Positions 63,036 to 64,000 of a stretch of DNA of 64,000 nucleotides are shown here, in pieces. How positions within the stretch are numbered: the stretch's first letter is position 1; each line of letters begins with the position of its first letter. The position numbers and the translations under genes are program-made. The notes under the pieces are model-generated. The model worked only from the letters and a program-made list of their open reading frames with translations, did not search any database and was not told the origin of the DNA. This stretch comes from Narcine bancroftii (taxonomy: Eukaryota): positions 207,762,001-207,826,000 of the forward strand of contig NC_091473.1 in the NCBI RefSeq assembly GCF_036971445.1, given 5' to 3'.

Positions 63036-63356
63036 CTGTGGCCTTCTTAATGGACCTCTTCTCCGGTGTTGGCAAACTCTTGTCCTCCACCACGCACGAG
63101 TACTCAGTTCCTATCTCCCACTCCGCAGCGGGCACCGTCAGTCTGCTGATAATTATGTCTTCACCTCCGTTCCTATTTGGACCCTGAGTTCTCACCCCAT
63201 CTTTTCTCTCACTTCCATCCACTTGCCAGGTTACCCTGAATCCCTCTAAATCACCATGGACCACCTCACATAGAATGGTCGCCGTCCTGTTCATCCAGAT
63301 CTCTTCGAAGGAAGGTTTTCTTAAAGTGACTGAGGGGCTGGTATCTGAACAGTCAG
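63036..63356 (-). CDS. IgW: Ig heavy-chain constant exon, IgW CH5-type (homolog of IgNAR C4)
   Basis: Open 321-nt phase-1 exon between catttctcccAG and GTacgt: (A)DCSDTSPSVTLRKPSFEEIWMNRTATILCEV...FRVTWQVDG...EWEIGTEYSCVVEDKSLPTPEKRSIKKAT. C1-set Cys/Trp/Cys pattern; FEEIW and LPTP motifs recalled from chondrichthyan IgW/IgNAR. Confidence 0.92.
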
Positions 63357-64000
63357 CTGGGAGAAATGTCATAATTATTATTTTGTAGAGGCTCACTGGA
63401 GGCTTAATCGAACCAGCTCAAGAGGTTCCGAGTGATGTCATGATATTATTTGGAACGTACGGTGTTTTCAAAATCTGCGCGTGACTGTTTGAGTAAAAGA
63501 CTTTTACTGAACTTCAACTGGACTATGTCTGATCATTTTCTCATTCTTCAATACACGCTGTAAACCAGTTGCTACAATTTCACCATTCCCCAAAGGATAG
63601 GGCATCACTGGTGAGACCAACATTTCATATTCATCTCCAGCAAATCATTCGTTGGTCGCATCAGATCAGTCGAGACTTATCTACATTGATGGAGGAATGA
63701 GATTTCCCCAATTGAGCAGACAGGGTAAACCCTTGTCAGGAATATCAATGAACAAATTTGTCTCTGATGTAAGTTGGACAGTTTCAAGGACACTTAAGCT
63801 GTTCCCAGCCACTTATTAAAACAAAAACAGAAAATTCCAAACAATTCAGGCTGCACCTGTGCAGAGGGAAGCAGAGCTAATATTTTAATTCAGAAATATT
63901 CCAGCAATTTTCCTTGACATTTTTAAAATTCAAGCAGCATCAGAAATAGTTGATCTTTATTACAACTGTTAAAATGCATTTGGCCTCCATGAAGTGTAAC

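Noticed and set aside
61556-63356. Assignment to IgNAR or IgM instead of IgW
   Set aside because: Domain motifs are IgW/IgNAR-type rather than mu. The SKPT.VNVSLVLTDSF.SC tailpiece and missing cryptic donor fit IgW better as I recall them; IgNAR cannot be fully excluded without the V and CH1 exons or a database search.
44588-63531. 16-bp word aactggactatgtctg upstream of both C3' (44588) and CH5 (63516)
   Set aside because: About one 16-mer match or fewer is expected by chance in a 64-kb self-comparison, distances to the acceptors differ and the flanks do not align.
1-64000. Prokaryotic systems (CRISPR arrays, operons, retrons), rRNA or true tRNA genes
   Set aside because: No repeat-spacer arrays or bacterial gene organisation; all RT domains belong to eukaryotic retroelements and tRNA-like boxes are SINE heads.

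Overview
Eukaryotic, repeat-dense DNA from a cartilaginous fish (shark, ray or skate; inferred from the immunoglobulin class). The only host gene is the 3' half of an immunoglobulin heavy-chain locus on the minus strand, most consistent with IgW (its last four C domains are homologous to IgNAR C2-C5). Order in the direction of transcription: CH5-type exon (63356-63036), CH6 plus secretory tailpiece (61941-61556, polyA about 61300), a 17-kb TE-filled interval, an intact CH3-type/CH4-type exon pair (44560-44258, 44169-43852), a decayed CH5-type pseudo-exon (about 43107-42866), TM1 (37780-37638) and TM2 (37031-37020). V, D, J, CH1 and CH2 are not in the window. The most unusual feature is that intact C exons lie downstream of the tailpiece/polyA exon, so transcripts ending at that polyA site cannot contain them; they look like a membrane-receptor-dedicated constant-region cassette, bracketed by a 2.2-kb direct duplication. 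Downstream of the gene are locally duplicated non-coding modules with a 49-bp invariant core (candidate 3' enhancer). The rest is a layered set of retroelements (L1, CR1, RTE, Rex1/Babar, Penelope with a hammerhead-like motif, Gypsy, BEL/Pao, solo LTRs, tRNA-derived SINEs), several with readable target-site duplications. All calls were made by eye; no alignments or searches were run.
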